From: Lepidodermella squamata
Taxonomy: Eukaryota > Animalia > Gastrotricha
Direction of reading: 5' to 3'
Length of the DNA: 64,000 nucleotides
NCBI GenBank assembly: GCA_047495785.1
Contig: JBLDXI010000013.1
Location: 1,364,001 to 1,428,000 of the forward strand
The notes beneath the pieces were generated by a model that was given only the letters and a program-made list of their open reading frames with translations, did not search any database and was not told the origin of the DNA. Below, piece after piece: positions 1 through 11,509 of the stretch. The first letter of the stretch is position 1. The number at the start of each line of letters is the position of its first letter. A program made the translations under genes and the position numbers.

Positions 1-347
1 ACACGTTTCGAGAAAAAGAACCAATATCCAAGGTAGCACATTTCTTTATTTTCTCATTTAGAATATCAGCATCAATAATATTGAATTAATAATAATAATA
101 ATAATGTTTCAGTATTTCAATTTAGTAACCACCGGTTCGAATTGGACGATAAAAGCAATAAAAGAGTACGAGTGAAAGAAAAAACGGACATAGTGACAAA
201 CTGCCGAAAGGATGGGCCATTTCGGTACTCTTTGAGTCAAATCTAGCGAGGACATGTTATAAATTACTATCTAGTTTGAACTTAAAATTTTGATTAGTTA
301 AACAAGAATGAATGCAGGGAAGAAGAACATTCGAAGCGATCTCATGT

Positions 348-2722
348 CTATGAGCAAATGCCGAAGCGATGTTGCGAAAACAGCTCAATTAACCGCTTCA
401 CTTTCACGAATAGAGACATCTCAGTCGTCGTCGTCAACATTTCATTAAGGACCCGTATAAAACCACACGTCTCGAGGATTTGCCAGCGCTTCAAACTGCC
501 GACGTAATCACTAGCGTCCGTATCAAGTGTCAAATTGGTCAGTGCATCTATCGCGGCCATTTGGACATTCAGGTTGACGTGAAGCATGTAGTCCATGACC
601 TTGCGAAGCAAATCGTCGTTCCCTAAAAGGACATCGCGGCTCCGTTCGCCGGCCGCCATGTTCGCGATAATGCGAAGCACCTGTTCCTTGACTTCGACAG
701 GGTAATCGCCCTCTAAAATCCATATCGCAGACTGAACAACTTGATCGCCGTACTGCGCCATGCCAGCATCGACCTCTGAGGCTGTTCCATCTATCAAGTT
801 GCGGATAAGACCGAGAGCGCACGCGACGATTTGCGGCGTTTTGGCGTCGGATAGTAAACCGAATAGGGTCTCACGTGAAAGACATGAAAAAATGTGATGT
901 TTCATCGATGGCGCGCCTTGATACGACAAATTCTAATAACGACATAATTAGGAATACATCCACCCTAAATAATAATTTTCCTTACCATTAACGCCCAAAC
1001 AGCGTTTATTCGAACCTCCAAGTTCTCATGTGTAGTGAAGGAGATGAGCCGCATCAAAAATTCCTGGGTATTGTCTCCTAGGAAGGCTCGTTTCACTTGT
1101 GCGGTTGACAACAGCAGATTGCAAAGCAAGGCCAGGCACGACGATAGGACAGCCGGGTTGCAATCAGTTCCAAGCTTCAAAATCGCGATCAAATCCTTCG
1201 ATAGATTAGCCTGATGATCGCTAAAGGTTGTCCGCAGTTGATAGGCAGAGCGAGATAGCGAAATCAAACACCGCAACCCAGCAACTTGAACCGCGCTATT
1301 AAGCGAGTTTCTGATCGAGTTGATAATAAACGATATCAGTTCGGAGGATTCGCTGACTTTCCGCCGCAAATATTCGTCATTTGCTGAGATTGAAGCCAAC
1401 AATTGAAGAAACGGAGCCGTTAAATCGTCGGATTGATCGACAACAGTCAACGGTCGGTTTTGCATGTCCAAATCCAGCACAGATTCCTTCCCGTTCGGAA
1501 CGCTTTGAGGTGGCACTGTTTTATTGCTAGAATTAGAAAGCGTGGATGTGATGACTGTTATCAACCCATCACACATGCCAGTTATGCGCTGTAAACTGAT
1601 GGCACTGTCAATAAAATGAGTCAATATAACGGCCGCTTCGACGCGAATCGAAACAGGCCGATCTTGCCGTAATAACCGCACCAAATTTTCGCAAATTCGG
1701 CTCTGAATCAGCGCCGTCAAGTTGGTGTCGTTTTGGCCTAACGCTTCGCATAGATTCACCAAACATTTCAGTGAAGCAAGTTGAAGACCAAGAGTCTGAT
1801 CCCGGTTCGAAAAATTCAACAACGCATCGACAAAAATAGGCTTCTTCTCCGCGGAGAACAAATCGCGGGCGTTTTTGACGTTCCTCCGGCAAAAAGCGGC
1901 CAGACAATCGATGGCACATAGCCGGGCGTTGACCGCCTGGGAATATGGGGAGAAAAGCGACGCAAGTATCGTCCAGATCTGCTTTTGAGCAAAGGATAAG
2001 GAAACAGCGTCTTGCACTCGTTGACTTTGACATCCACGCGCCAATATTTGAAGAACTAGACACAGCGACAAGTTTTCAGACACAGCGCTCGGCGAGTTGC
2101 ACGTCTCCATCTCGTTTTCCGGCTTAGCAACAAGGCTCAGAAGAGAGTCGAGCCAGTTTTGATTTTCACTGCCACAAGGCATTAGGAGAAATTCAGGGTT
2201 CGAGCATGAATGGTGAATAAGAGCTAGCAAACACGCTAATTTTGATTTGAGGTCACACGACGCGGTAGGCGAATCGTGGCTCTGAAAAACGCCGTAATAA
2301 ATAAGGGACAACAGCTCTGAGGGTGAGACGGGAAAGTTCTGCGGAGTCAACAAATTCGACCGGTATAAACACGTTAGGACTAGCAAAGCTTCAGATCTCG
2401 CCGTGGCACTCGGTAAAGAGCTCGGCTGACGAAGTAGTTCCATAACTCGGAGGTGAATACCGTTATCAACCGCGATTCGGCGAAGTTCGAAGCTCAGAAC
2501 GAATAAATTACGCATTTGTTTCATCAGATGCTCCAATTGAGGTGGATCCAAGCCAGGGGCAGACAGCTGAGAACTGAATAGCTGCGCCACCCGCTCGAAA
2601 TCAGCATCCTATTAGAATTAAGTCATTAGGATTTCAAAAAAATCTAGATAGATATTTCTCACTTTGATGAACGAACTCGGAATGACCTCAGCTACCGACA
2701 TGTAATTTAATGCGTTAACCAT
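348..2722 (-). CDS. ARMC8: Armadillo repeat-containing protein 8 (GID/CTLH E3 complex subunit); 3 exons 2722-2663, 2608-986, 932-348
   Basis: ARM-repeat Leu-rich helices with motifs CLISLSRSAYQLRTTF, LLCNLLL and NAVWALM|NLSYQG. GT-AG introns of 54 and 53 nt join the ORFs in frame. Confidence 0.85.
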
Positions 2723-2813
2723 AGAGTCTATGCAAAATAGAAATGATTAAGAATTTCGCGAGCTTGAGCAATTTTAATTAAAAAATTGAAGGAATCCTTT
2801 ATTGACGAACTAA

Positions 2814-3871
2814 TCATTTTTTACTAGCAAACGCCAACTGGGAGGTTAACTTCGCCGCTCTTTCTTGCGCTGATTTTACCAAATCAGCTATAATTTCAAC
2901 GCCACTTTTCTTACCACCCTTCTTGAAGTAGAGCCCATTGCCTGATGTGGCAAGCTGGTAAACGTTATCCTTGCAACAAACGATGGTTAGCACTGAGCTG
3001 CAGAGCGATTCTTCGACTCCGGATGGGTCGCATAAACATGTGAGAGCTTCGTCACTGTCATCCTCGCCTTCACTGGGAATGAATGCATTCGTGAAAGCGT
3101 AGACAAAAGTGCGAATGACGACTTTGGAATAGGATCCAAGTGACTCGATTGGGACAGAAATTCGTCGAATTTCATTGGCATCATTTGAAATCAACTCGTA
3201 ACTCGATTCCGTCGACTTCAGATCGAATTCCAATTCGTTAGCCATTGCCTCGGTATGATTACACACGAAAGATTCGCTAATTTTAACAGCTGGTACACTC
3301 AGCTCATGAACGGCCGAGAGCACGCCCAGCAATGAGGCAGGCAAAACACATCTATCATTAGAAAATCACGCGATTGAACAATCTTGCTTTATGTATAAAC
3401 GAACCCGTCAGTTTTGATAATGTAAAAATTTACAAAAATTCGCCAAATCCATTTGCAAGTCGCGCTTTCAGAAGAATCAATCATATCAATATCAACAGCC
3501 CCGCTCGGCCGGGTGAAAGTAAGATTTTCATTGAAATCAACCGCTTCTGATAACTCGAAAATTTCCAGTATTTTGTCACTCAGCGTCTGCGTTTCTTCAT
3601 TTTGCTGCTGCCTTTCACTCAGTCCTGATTGAGTTATCACGAAGAAGTCATTAAACTGCGGTTTCGCATACGGATGTAGATGCACTAGTTTTGCTTTTGC
3701 AGTGCAAGTCACCACAGTGCCGCCGTAGCGTACGGTAGTTGAAGCCCGGAGCCCAGGACTGAGTTGTTTGTGGCGTTCCACGACGACTTGCGCGTTTTCT
3801 GCAAAATCGCGGCCGTCAGGTCGACTTTTTTCTTTGTAGAACTGAGAAGCAGCGATGCTCAACGCGTCCAT
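2814..3871 (-). CDS. EXOSC8: Exosome complex RNase PH-like subunit, most like RRP43/EXOSC8; 2 exons
   Basis: RPDGRDF, ASTTVRYGGTVVTC, WIWRIFVNFYIIKTDG|CVLPASLLG and DPSGVEESL motifs of exosome PH domains. One short intron (gttcgt...gatag). Confidence 0.7.
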
Positions 3872-4314
3872 TATATCACTCGTAAAATTCTAAAGTTGTA
3901 ACAACAAAAAATGATTACACATTCATGAACAATGATAGCCTTTACTGCGAGCCTCGCGTTGCAACTCAACAATTCGTTTTGCAATGAAAGAAAGTGAAAA
4001 TATTAATATGCTAATATAATAAACCATGGCTCAACAGATAAAACACTTGAGAAAAACGGAATATTAGTATTATTCATTACGATGAACAATAAACCACATG
4101 TAAATGGAAAATTTTCTCTCGATCAGAAGAAATTCGAAGCAAGCATCAATGTGAGCTGCGGTTATTTTGAAGTGACGTTCCTGGACAAATTTCAAAACAC
4201 TAGGCGAATTGTGAACTTTTGTTGCTCCCAAACATAACCCTTCAATGTGACTAGACTCTGGAACTTGCACAACTTTAGGCACAACGAATCCCAATGACGA
4301 ATAACCAGTCGAGA

Positions 4315-5638
4315 TTAGAAGACGTAGGTATTCGACGGGAAATAGGTGTTCGGATGGTACCAAGTCCATGGGGGCAGAGAATCTTGTATCCGGATGCCAG
4401 AATTAATCAGCGTATTGTGCCACAATGCATAAATCGCGTCGACTTTTTCTAGAATCAAAGCTGCTTGAAAAGCCGTATCATAGAAAATTTAGCGAAAAAA
4501 TTACCAGGAAAATGACCAAAAATGTAGAAATTATACGTCTTCTTATCATTGAATAGGTAGAAGCGCTCAGTCCAATCTCGACCACCACCGAATACGTATA
4601 AGCTGTTAAAGTCTGCGAGCTGAACGCCGGCTTTCGGAGGCACAAGGCCGGTTGCCCACACATCGTCAACCCAGAAGAATGGAATGCGGAGCGAAGCCTC
4701 GTACATGGCCATGGCACCTTCGATTGTCACAACGTAAGCTGAACCTGAGCAATAAGGCGGGAAAAAGTCGCCTTTATATAACGACTTCGGAACGTGCCAC
4801 TTTCCAGAGTCCCTCAATACGGGCTAAAACGAGCGAAAATAAAAGACATTTCTGGGAGATGAGATTGCCTCATACCATTCCGTCCCATCTACAGCACCAC
4901 AATTTTTTTCCGAGTCCATAAGTTGCATTTTCAATCAGCGCTTTTTCCTCCAAGGTATCCATGTGATCCAAAAGGGCTACCATATTAATATGCATATCGT
5001 CATCAGATTTTATCACAAAGCGGGCATTTGAGCAAAATTCTTTGGCAAACCGCATCCATAGCCTAAAAGAAATAATAAAATAAATATGCTATGTATTTTA
5101 AAATGCAACTCACTGATTTTTATAGGTAAGATTTTTGTACGAATCAGTGAAATCCTCTTGGACAATATCACCGAATTCACTATGTTCGAAGGCGAGAGCT
5201 TTTTGAACGGCTTCGTCCTTGTGTTTGCCCATTACAAACACGGCAACCACTATTCTCCGCTTAGAAGGGTCTGATTTTGACGGATAAAGTCCAGCAGTAG
5301 TCCACGTCCTAAAATACGCAGAATATTCAATCATAATAACGTATATAAGATGATCATTACCTCCGAATGCTCATTCGACGTTTCCAGTTATCAGGTGATG
5401 AATGGACCACGACGAGGGTGTGAACTGGACCAGGAGCGAACTTGCATATATTTGGATTATTCAGTATGAAATTGAAATTGTGAGGCGTAAGTATTTTATC
5501 GTTCGGATTTTTAATCTCATCGACAGGCATGTTGTAGACCTCGCCATCCGGGTGTGGCGCATCATCGGCAGCGGAAGTGAAAATAATGGCTCGACATTGC
5601 AGTAGAAAAATCACAATATTAGTAAAGTTGGGCCTCAT
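4315..5638 (-). CDS. Beta-1,3-galactosyltransferase family (GT31) glycosyltransferase; 5 exons
   Basis: RRMSIRRTW, EHSEFGDIVQEDFTDSYKNLTYK, KSDDDMHIN, PPYCSGSAYV and FWVDDVWATG motifs. The spliced frame ends at TAA 4317-4315. Confidence 0.9.
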
Positions 5639-5871
5639 ATCCTACATAAATATAAAAACACAGATATTAGATTTCATTGTCAACAAAGCTCTATCTTTAA
5701 TTGAGCAAATTTGCCGAACTTCCATTGACTTCTTCAATTACCACCATAAGGTAGAAAACTTAACAACAGACGTTGCGGAAGATATTAGTCTTCGGTAAAA
5801 CACCGCTCCTCGTTGCCATTAGAAATGTGAAGAGACATTGAGTACAATCAAAAGAAAACAACAACACCACG

Positions 5872-6711
5872 TCACTTTTTATCTTTCGGTTCTTTCTCTT
5901 TGGTATGGCGAGCAGCTACATGCTTAGTGTAGTGATCGCGACGGGTAAACCACTTTTCACATTGCTCACAGGTGAACAATTTCTCGCCGGAATGAATTCG
6001 CATATGACGGCCGAGCTGGTCAGACCGGGTAAATGCTTTCGTGCAGCCGTCTCTGTAATTTTAAAGTTCACACCACAGAATATATTAATCGCAACTGGGT
6101 AAATAAACTTACGATGTACATTTGTATGGGCGCTCGTCAGAATGAGAGTGAATATGGCTTTTAAGATGCGAGGTTTTCTGGAAGGTTTTCTTACAGCCTT
6201 TGATAGGGCACATGTGTAAGAGTGGCCCATCATAATTCTGCACCGCTGATTGCGGGCGAATACGAGTTCGCTTCCGTTCGAGGCAATTGGGACATTTACA
6301 GAAATGACGACGGCGAGGCTTCTCATCATTTCCATCTCCAACTTCCGTCGACATGGCATTCTGGCATTCTGTATCGCCATCGAGTCGACTATTCGACTCG
6401 TCCTGTTCGCAATCTTGCGATTCGTTACTTTGAATTATAACGAGTTGTTCTTCCGAGACGTCTTCTGCAGAGTAGAAAGAGCTAATCGGCTCAACGGCAG
6501 TTAATTGTACTGCTTGCCAGCAAATTTCGCCGTTGGGTAGGCGCATAGGAATGTTGACGATTTGAGTAGCCCCGCACTTTCCAATGATCATACCCGGCTG
6601 TTCGTCCGCTGAGTTGACTGAAGCCGATAACTGAATTGTAGAAACTTCAATAGGCACAGGGTACTCAACTTCATGCGCCCCACTGGCCGGAACACTGAAT
6701 GGGTCTGCCAT
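5872..6711 (-). CDS. Sp/buttonhead-family C2H2 zinc-finger transcription factor (259 aa); 2 exons 6711-6113, 6052-5872
   Basis: Btd box CKCPNC followed by three fingers after splicing: [40 protein letters not shown]. Confidence 0.88.
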
Positions 6712-6983
6712 GATTATGAGTGAAGGGGCAAATAAAACTCTCTCATTAGCCGATAAACAATGAACACATATACTCAACAAATATTTATAAACAAATCTAA
6801 AAAAAGAAATATTACAAATCAGTTAGCAATGCCATTTTTAATAAAATGTCAACGATCTTTCCATCAGCCAGCTGAACACATATAAAAGCAAATTACAATG
6901 ATGCGCGAAGTAAGGTCAGAGTACTAGAATTGGACAATTAAAACGTCTCACGGTCGAAATGACAATATATTCACAAAATTTGA

Positions 6984-7265
6984 CTAGTCCAATTTAGCGC
7001 GGCGTTTGCCACGACCACCAGTAGGAGCAGTATTCTCCGCTTGCTCGCCCTTCGCTATCGACTCCTTCATCTTCAGCTTTCTCTTCGACTCTTTCTCCTT
7101 CTGCTCTATCTCTTTCATCATAAAATAGGCGCAAACAGCACTGAGCAAGAAGAGAGGCGACAGCGCAAGTAACATGTAGTAAATGAATTTGTATGGGTGT
7201 TCCACGGCATATACAACCATCTCCGCCATGGTTTTTCGCCAATCCCAATCGTCCAGAGGCCACAT
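6984..7265 (-). CDS. SMIM15: Small integral membrane protein 15 (UPF0542)
   Basis: AEMVVYAVEHPYKFIYYMLLALSPLFLLSA followed by a Lys/Glu-rich tail matches SMIM15. Confidence 0.85.
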   Translation of the reverse strand: MWPLDDWDWRKTMAEMVVYAVEHPYKFIYYMLLALSPLFLLSAVCAYFMMKEIEQKEKESKRKLKMKESIAKGEQAENTAPTGGRGKRRAKLD

Positions 7266-7760
7266 TACAGTAAGCTTAATACACCTAATAATTAAGATGT
7301 GGCCGTTAAAATAAAAAACACTGCCAATGGTTGTCAATTGAAGCTCGAATCCGTCAGAGCCAATATTTAACCAAGTTTCATGTGGACCTACTATTGATCA
7401 ACAATCAATAACCAGATGTTATAATACCCGCTAAAATAGACGAGAACATGATTGGTGATCAGTTTTTATAATGCTTTGAAATTTAAAACACAACAGCTGC
7501 CCTCAGCTAAAAGGCAGGGCGCAGGACTCAGGACAATTATCCTAGGTGGCAGTCGGCTAACTGCGCGCACGCCATCTCGGTAGCAAACAAGAGTTGTCTC
7601 CACACGAAACTTTTCAGACTTCGAATTAAGAAATACCTAAAGCACCTGAGACAGGCAAAGCAGGCGCGGATGGCGGATGGAATTTGAGGGCTGATGGCAG
7701 GAAGGGGTACGGCGGTAATGGCGCTGGCTGGAAATTGAAAATTCAGAGCACAGAGCAGAT

Positions 7761-7788
7761 CTAACGCCTAACGCCTAGCGCCTAACGC
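7761..7788. repeat. Heptamer tandem repeat (CTAACGC)x4 in a divergent intergenic region
   Basis: CTAACGC CTAACGC CTAGCGC CTAACGC read directly; degenerate copies lie nearby. Confidence 0.7.
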
Positions 7789-8187
7789 TGACGTATTTGT
7801 GCCATGCGCTTAACGCTCAACGGCTAAGCAATCAGCATTCACCAGTTTCATAGGCCAGAGACCAATGACCAAGGTTTAGAAAGCGTGAAGCTTCTTCCAG
7901 GCTTACGAGGCTGACGCAAAACTTTTCGCAACCAAAAACGCTCTAACAAACGCTAACAAAACCGCAACTGCCAAAAATTAATTTTCGGAAAAATATTGTC
8001 TAGCGGGACAAATAGAAACAGTGATATTAGTCTAAATCTTCTCAAAAAATACATTAATAATTATACGGCAAAACCAGCATTAGGTAAATGGCGGGGCGCA
8101 GCAAGAATAAGCTAAACGGAGGCAGATTTTTCGATGAGTCAACGCACGATCCACCTTCTACGCTACCGCGGGGGTAGGCACTAGGCA

Positions 8188-8493
8188 CTACTGTAGTAGC
8201 GGTAAATTGTAAACCTCACCCGCTGCATTACGTTGAGCGTTAATTTCTTTGAGTGCCGTGCACAACTTTTTGTAATAATCTAAGTGATGGAAATTGTGAT
8301 AGAATCGCCCGAACCCGCAATTGTAAATGACGTTGCTGGCATCAGACCTGCCCTCATACCAGGTCCTCAAAAGAGCAGTCGGCGGACAAACGATCCCTCG
8401 GAATCCCTTAATGTTTTGCACCGCGAAAACTCCGACTTCCCCTCGGTTCCAGCATGGTGTAAAACTGTCACTTGCAATGAAATGCTTAGTCAT
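8188..8493 (-). CDS. Possible orphan 101-aa protein, head-to-head with ICA1
   Basis: ATG-initiated uninterrupted ORF with an upstream AG acceptor-like site; no recognisable domain. Confidence 0.3.
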   Translation of the reverse strand: MTKHFIASDSFTPCWNRGEVGVFAVQNIKGFRGIVCPPTALLRTWYEGRSDASNVIYNCGFGRFYHNFHHLDYYKKLCTALKEINAQRNAAGEVYNLPLLQ

Positions 8494-8624
8494 ACTTGGT
8501 CATTTTTTTAAAGAGTCTAGATTTTGATATCACTGATTATATTTACGGCAGCCACTGAGTACTACTATTTGTGTGTGGCTTGAAATCGTGTTATGATTGC
8601 CTATTTACATCACTGAAAAGCCAA

Positions 8625-10842
8625 ATGAGGTAAGTTGCCCCTTCTACCTCTTCTACGATAAAAAAGCTAAATCTTCATTCAATTTAGTTATAATAGGCCC
8701 TCCTACACTCCGAAAGCGGAGATTGAAGATTCCGCTATCCATAAGGTCAAAGCTACCTATTGGGAAGCCAAACACAAGATAATGACGAAAATAGGCAAGA
8801 ATGACGATGAACACGTGCAAGCATCTGATGCCGAGCTTGATGCCAAGATTGAAGTCTTAAAGTCGGTGCAGAAAACGACGGATCGTCTTATGCGTTTGGT
8901 CAATGAATATGAATACTGCATGTTTGGGTTGGCTAAAAGTGAATATGCATTCTCTCGCTTTCTCAAAACTCAATCGGAAGTTGACAAGACACGTGCGGGA
9001 AAAATTATGGCAGCAGTTGGGCGCGTCGAAAACTTCAGCTCTCAGCAACGATTAGGCTTCAGGCAGCCTTTGGAACGTTTGTACCAAGAATGCGAGACTT
9101 TCAGATTGCGTGCTGTAACCGACACTGCCGCTAATCTTGAATACATGGAATCTGCTCGAAACGACTACAGAGCCGCTTTAATGTGGATGAAAGATGTTAG
9201 TGAGGAACTGGATCCTGACACTCACAAGCAACTCGACAAATTTCGCAAGGTTCAAGCTCAAGTCCGCAAAAAGAAAGACCTATTCGATCGCCTGAAGTTG
9301 GATGTAATGCAAAAAGTCGACATGCTGGCTGCTTCGCGCGCCAACATGTTTTCACGAGCTTTGGAGTTCTATCAACGGTGGATGATGGAATATTGCGCCA
9401 AATCAGCTCGAACACTCGAAGTCGTCGCAAAAGGGTTCAGTGGCATGTACCATTATTACGAATTCAACGTAATCAAAGATCTGTCCGAACCTAATAAAAT
9501 GATGGCTGAAAAGTCTGGCAGTGCTGTTGATGATGAACAAATGCAAGCTTTAATTCAAGAAGTCGAGGCGTAAGTTGATTTCTCATTATCGTAAATGTTG
9601 TTTCGTCACTTCGTTGCTTGCTTTTGTTTCGTATTGTGTTACAAGAACTATTGCTGAACTTTCAAACCCACGCGCTGATTTGTCTTCCATTACCCCGCGT
9701 TTCGTTGAAAATGATGAAAATGCAGAGCGGGATTATCGATATTATCGTGAACCCAATCCAACCCGGGCCGATAATGATGATGAAGCCAACTATGATTTAC
9801 TGGGTGGTTTTGGAGAGAACTCTAACAGTGGAAATGATGATCGATTGTAAGTCGGGCTATTCGTTACTTCTAATTTTCGTTGTCAACTTGTTAGAAATGC
9901 GATCAGAAAACCATTTGTTCACTGCTTAAATTTTATTCTAGTCTGTTGGCGGAGCAGCCAGAGAAAGAATCGAAAGAAGCAAGAGCTCAACAAATGAGAG
10001 ATTCGCAGAAGCAAACGGCCGATTTAATGTCATCGGAATTTTTCGATATTGAGAAAGCTGACGGTGCTATGGCTGAATTGCAAAAGCGGCAACGTGAACG
10101 GACTGCAATGGGAGCTGATTCAGATGAACAGTTGTTGTTGAGTTTGGCAGGACCATCACCTCCAGGGGGCGAGAACTCGAATAACCAAAACAGTGGCATG
10201 GCAACTCATGAGGAGTTGAAATTGCTCGATGAACTTCTAAGCGTCATGAATCAGGAGGAAAATTATCGTGAGGGCAGAGATCAATCTGGAGCAGGGCTTG
10301 ATTCCATGGCAGATTTGAGCCTGGATAGAAGCTGGAACCTATCGAGTGATTCTGGTCGGCCTAATGCAGGCGGGTCGGACTTGGATTTTCTCCGCCCTGC
10401 CGAAGCTCAAGCTCTACTGCCTTCCCAGCTATTGGAACTTCAAACAGGTCATTCGGGTAAGTGTTTAATTGGATTTTTTAGTTTGATATTATCTATTATG
10501 TCCCGTATAGCTCAACTATTCTCCCTTCCATTCGGGCCATTCGGAACTTCGAAAAACGACGATAAAGGTAACAGCGGAGGAAAACAAGGAGCTTCGCCAT
10601 ACTTCGTGCAAGAGCAACAGCGATCTGGCTTATTGCTGGGACCGCCTAGCGTTGGTAAAGTTGTGAGCAATGAAAAAGCATCGCTAGGTGATCTGGCTGG
10701 TGGCAATAAAGGGTCTGCAACAAAGAACGCAGCGGGAACAAAAGAATCGACTAAATTTGATCTTTTCGCTGACTTGGACCCATTTGCTAATCCAGATGCG
10801 ATCGGCAAGAAGCTTCAACAGAGCGAAGCAGACCATATGTAA
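8625..10842 (+). CDS. ICA1: Islet cell autoantigen 1 / ICA69 (arfaptin-type BAR domain plus ICA69 C-terminus); 5 exons, first coding exon only ATGAG
   Basis: YWEAKHK, DEHVQASDAELDAK, ELDPDTHKQLDKFRKVQAQVR, KVDMLAASRANMFS and C-terminal LFADLDPFANPDAIGK. Confidence 0.93.
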
Positions 10843-11509
10843 ATATTCGATGTTTCTTTTTTACTTCATTCTTGCGACGCGCTTTAATAAGTGAAAATAC
10901 AAGCGCCTTACTTATTCCAAGATATTATTCCTCGCAATGTTCGTGCAAACAGTGACTTTTTGTGTAATGGAAGTATGTGTCTCAAAGTCCGCATTTATTT
11001 ATTTTTTGGAAATTCTAGTTTCTAGCTCTCAAGGTCTCGCAGCTAATTTTCAATTATTTGATCTAGTGTGATTTTGGTGTTATTCTTTCCCGGGAAAGGT
11101 TCTCTTGTTACATTGTTGCAATGCACGTTGCTAGTTCATCATTTATTATTTATCTGCAAATGCAGAATTTACGGTTTTCTGATCTGAATTTATGTCAATG
11201 CTATTCGTTGGCATATGAAGTCGATTCACGTTGATCTAATATTTTCTCGTAACTTCAGTCAATTATTGTGCTTTAACTTTTCTGCTTCTCTGTGGTACAC
11301 GTTGCGTAATATTTAAGTGAAATCTACAGAAAATCTGCATATATATTTATCATTACTTGTTAACATTTCGTTGCATTTAACGTCCCGCTCTTTGATCGAA
11401 CGTGCTCTCGTTGATCAAGCTCGTTTTTATTAATGAGAAAATATTAAAAATATGGTTGATGGGCAAACATATTTTCATTTAGAAATTTAATAGAAATATT
11501 TCTCGCGTC

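Noticed and set aside
5916-6380. 154-aa ORF overlapping the Sp gene
   Set aside because: It is an alternative frame spanning the intron; the spliced zinc-finger frame explains the region.
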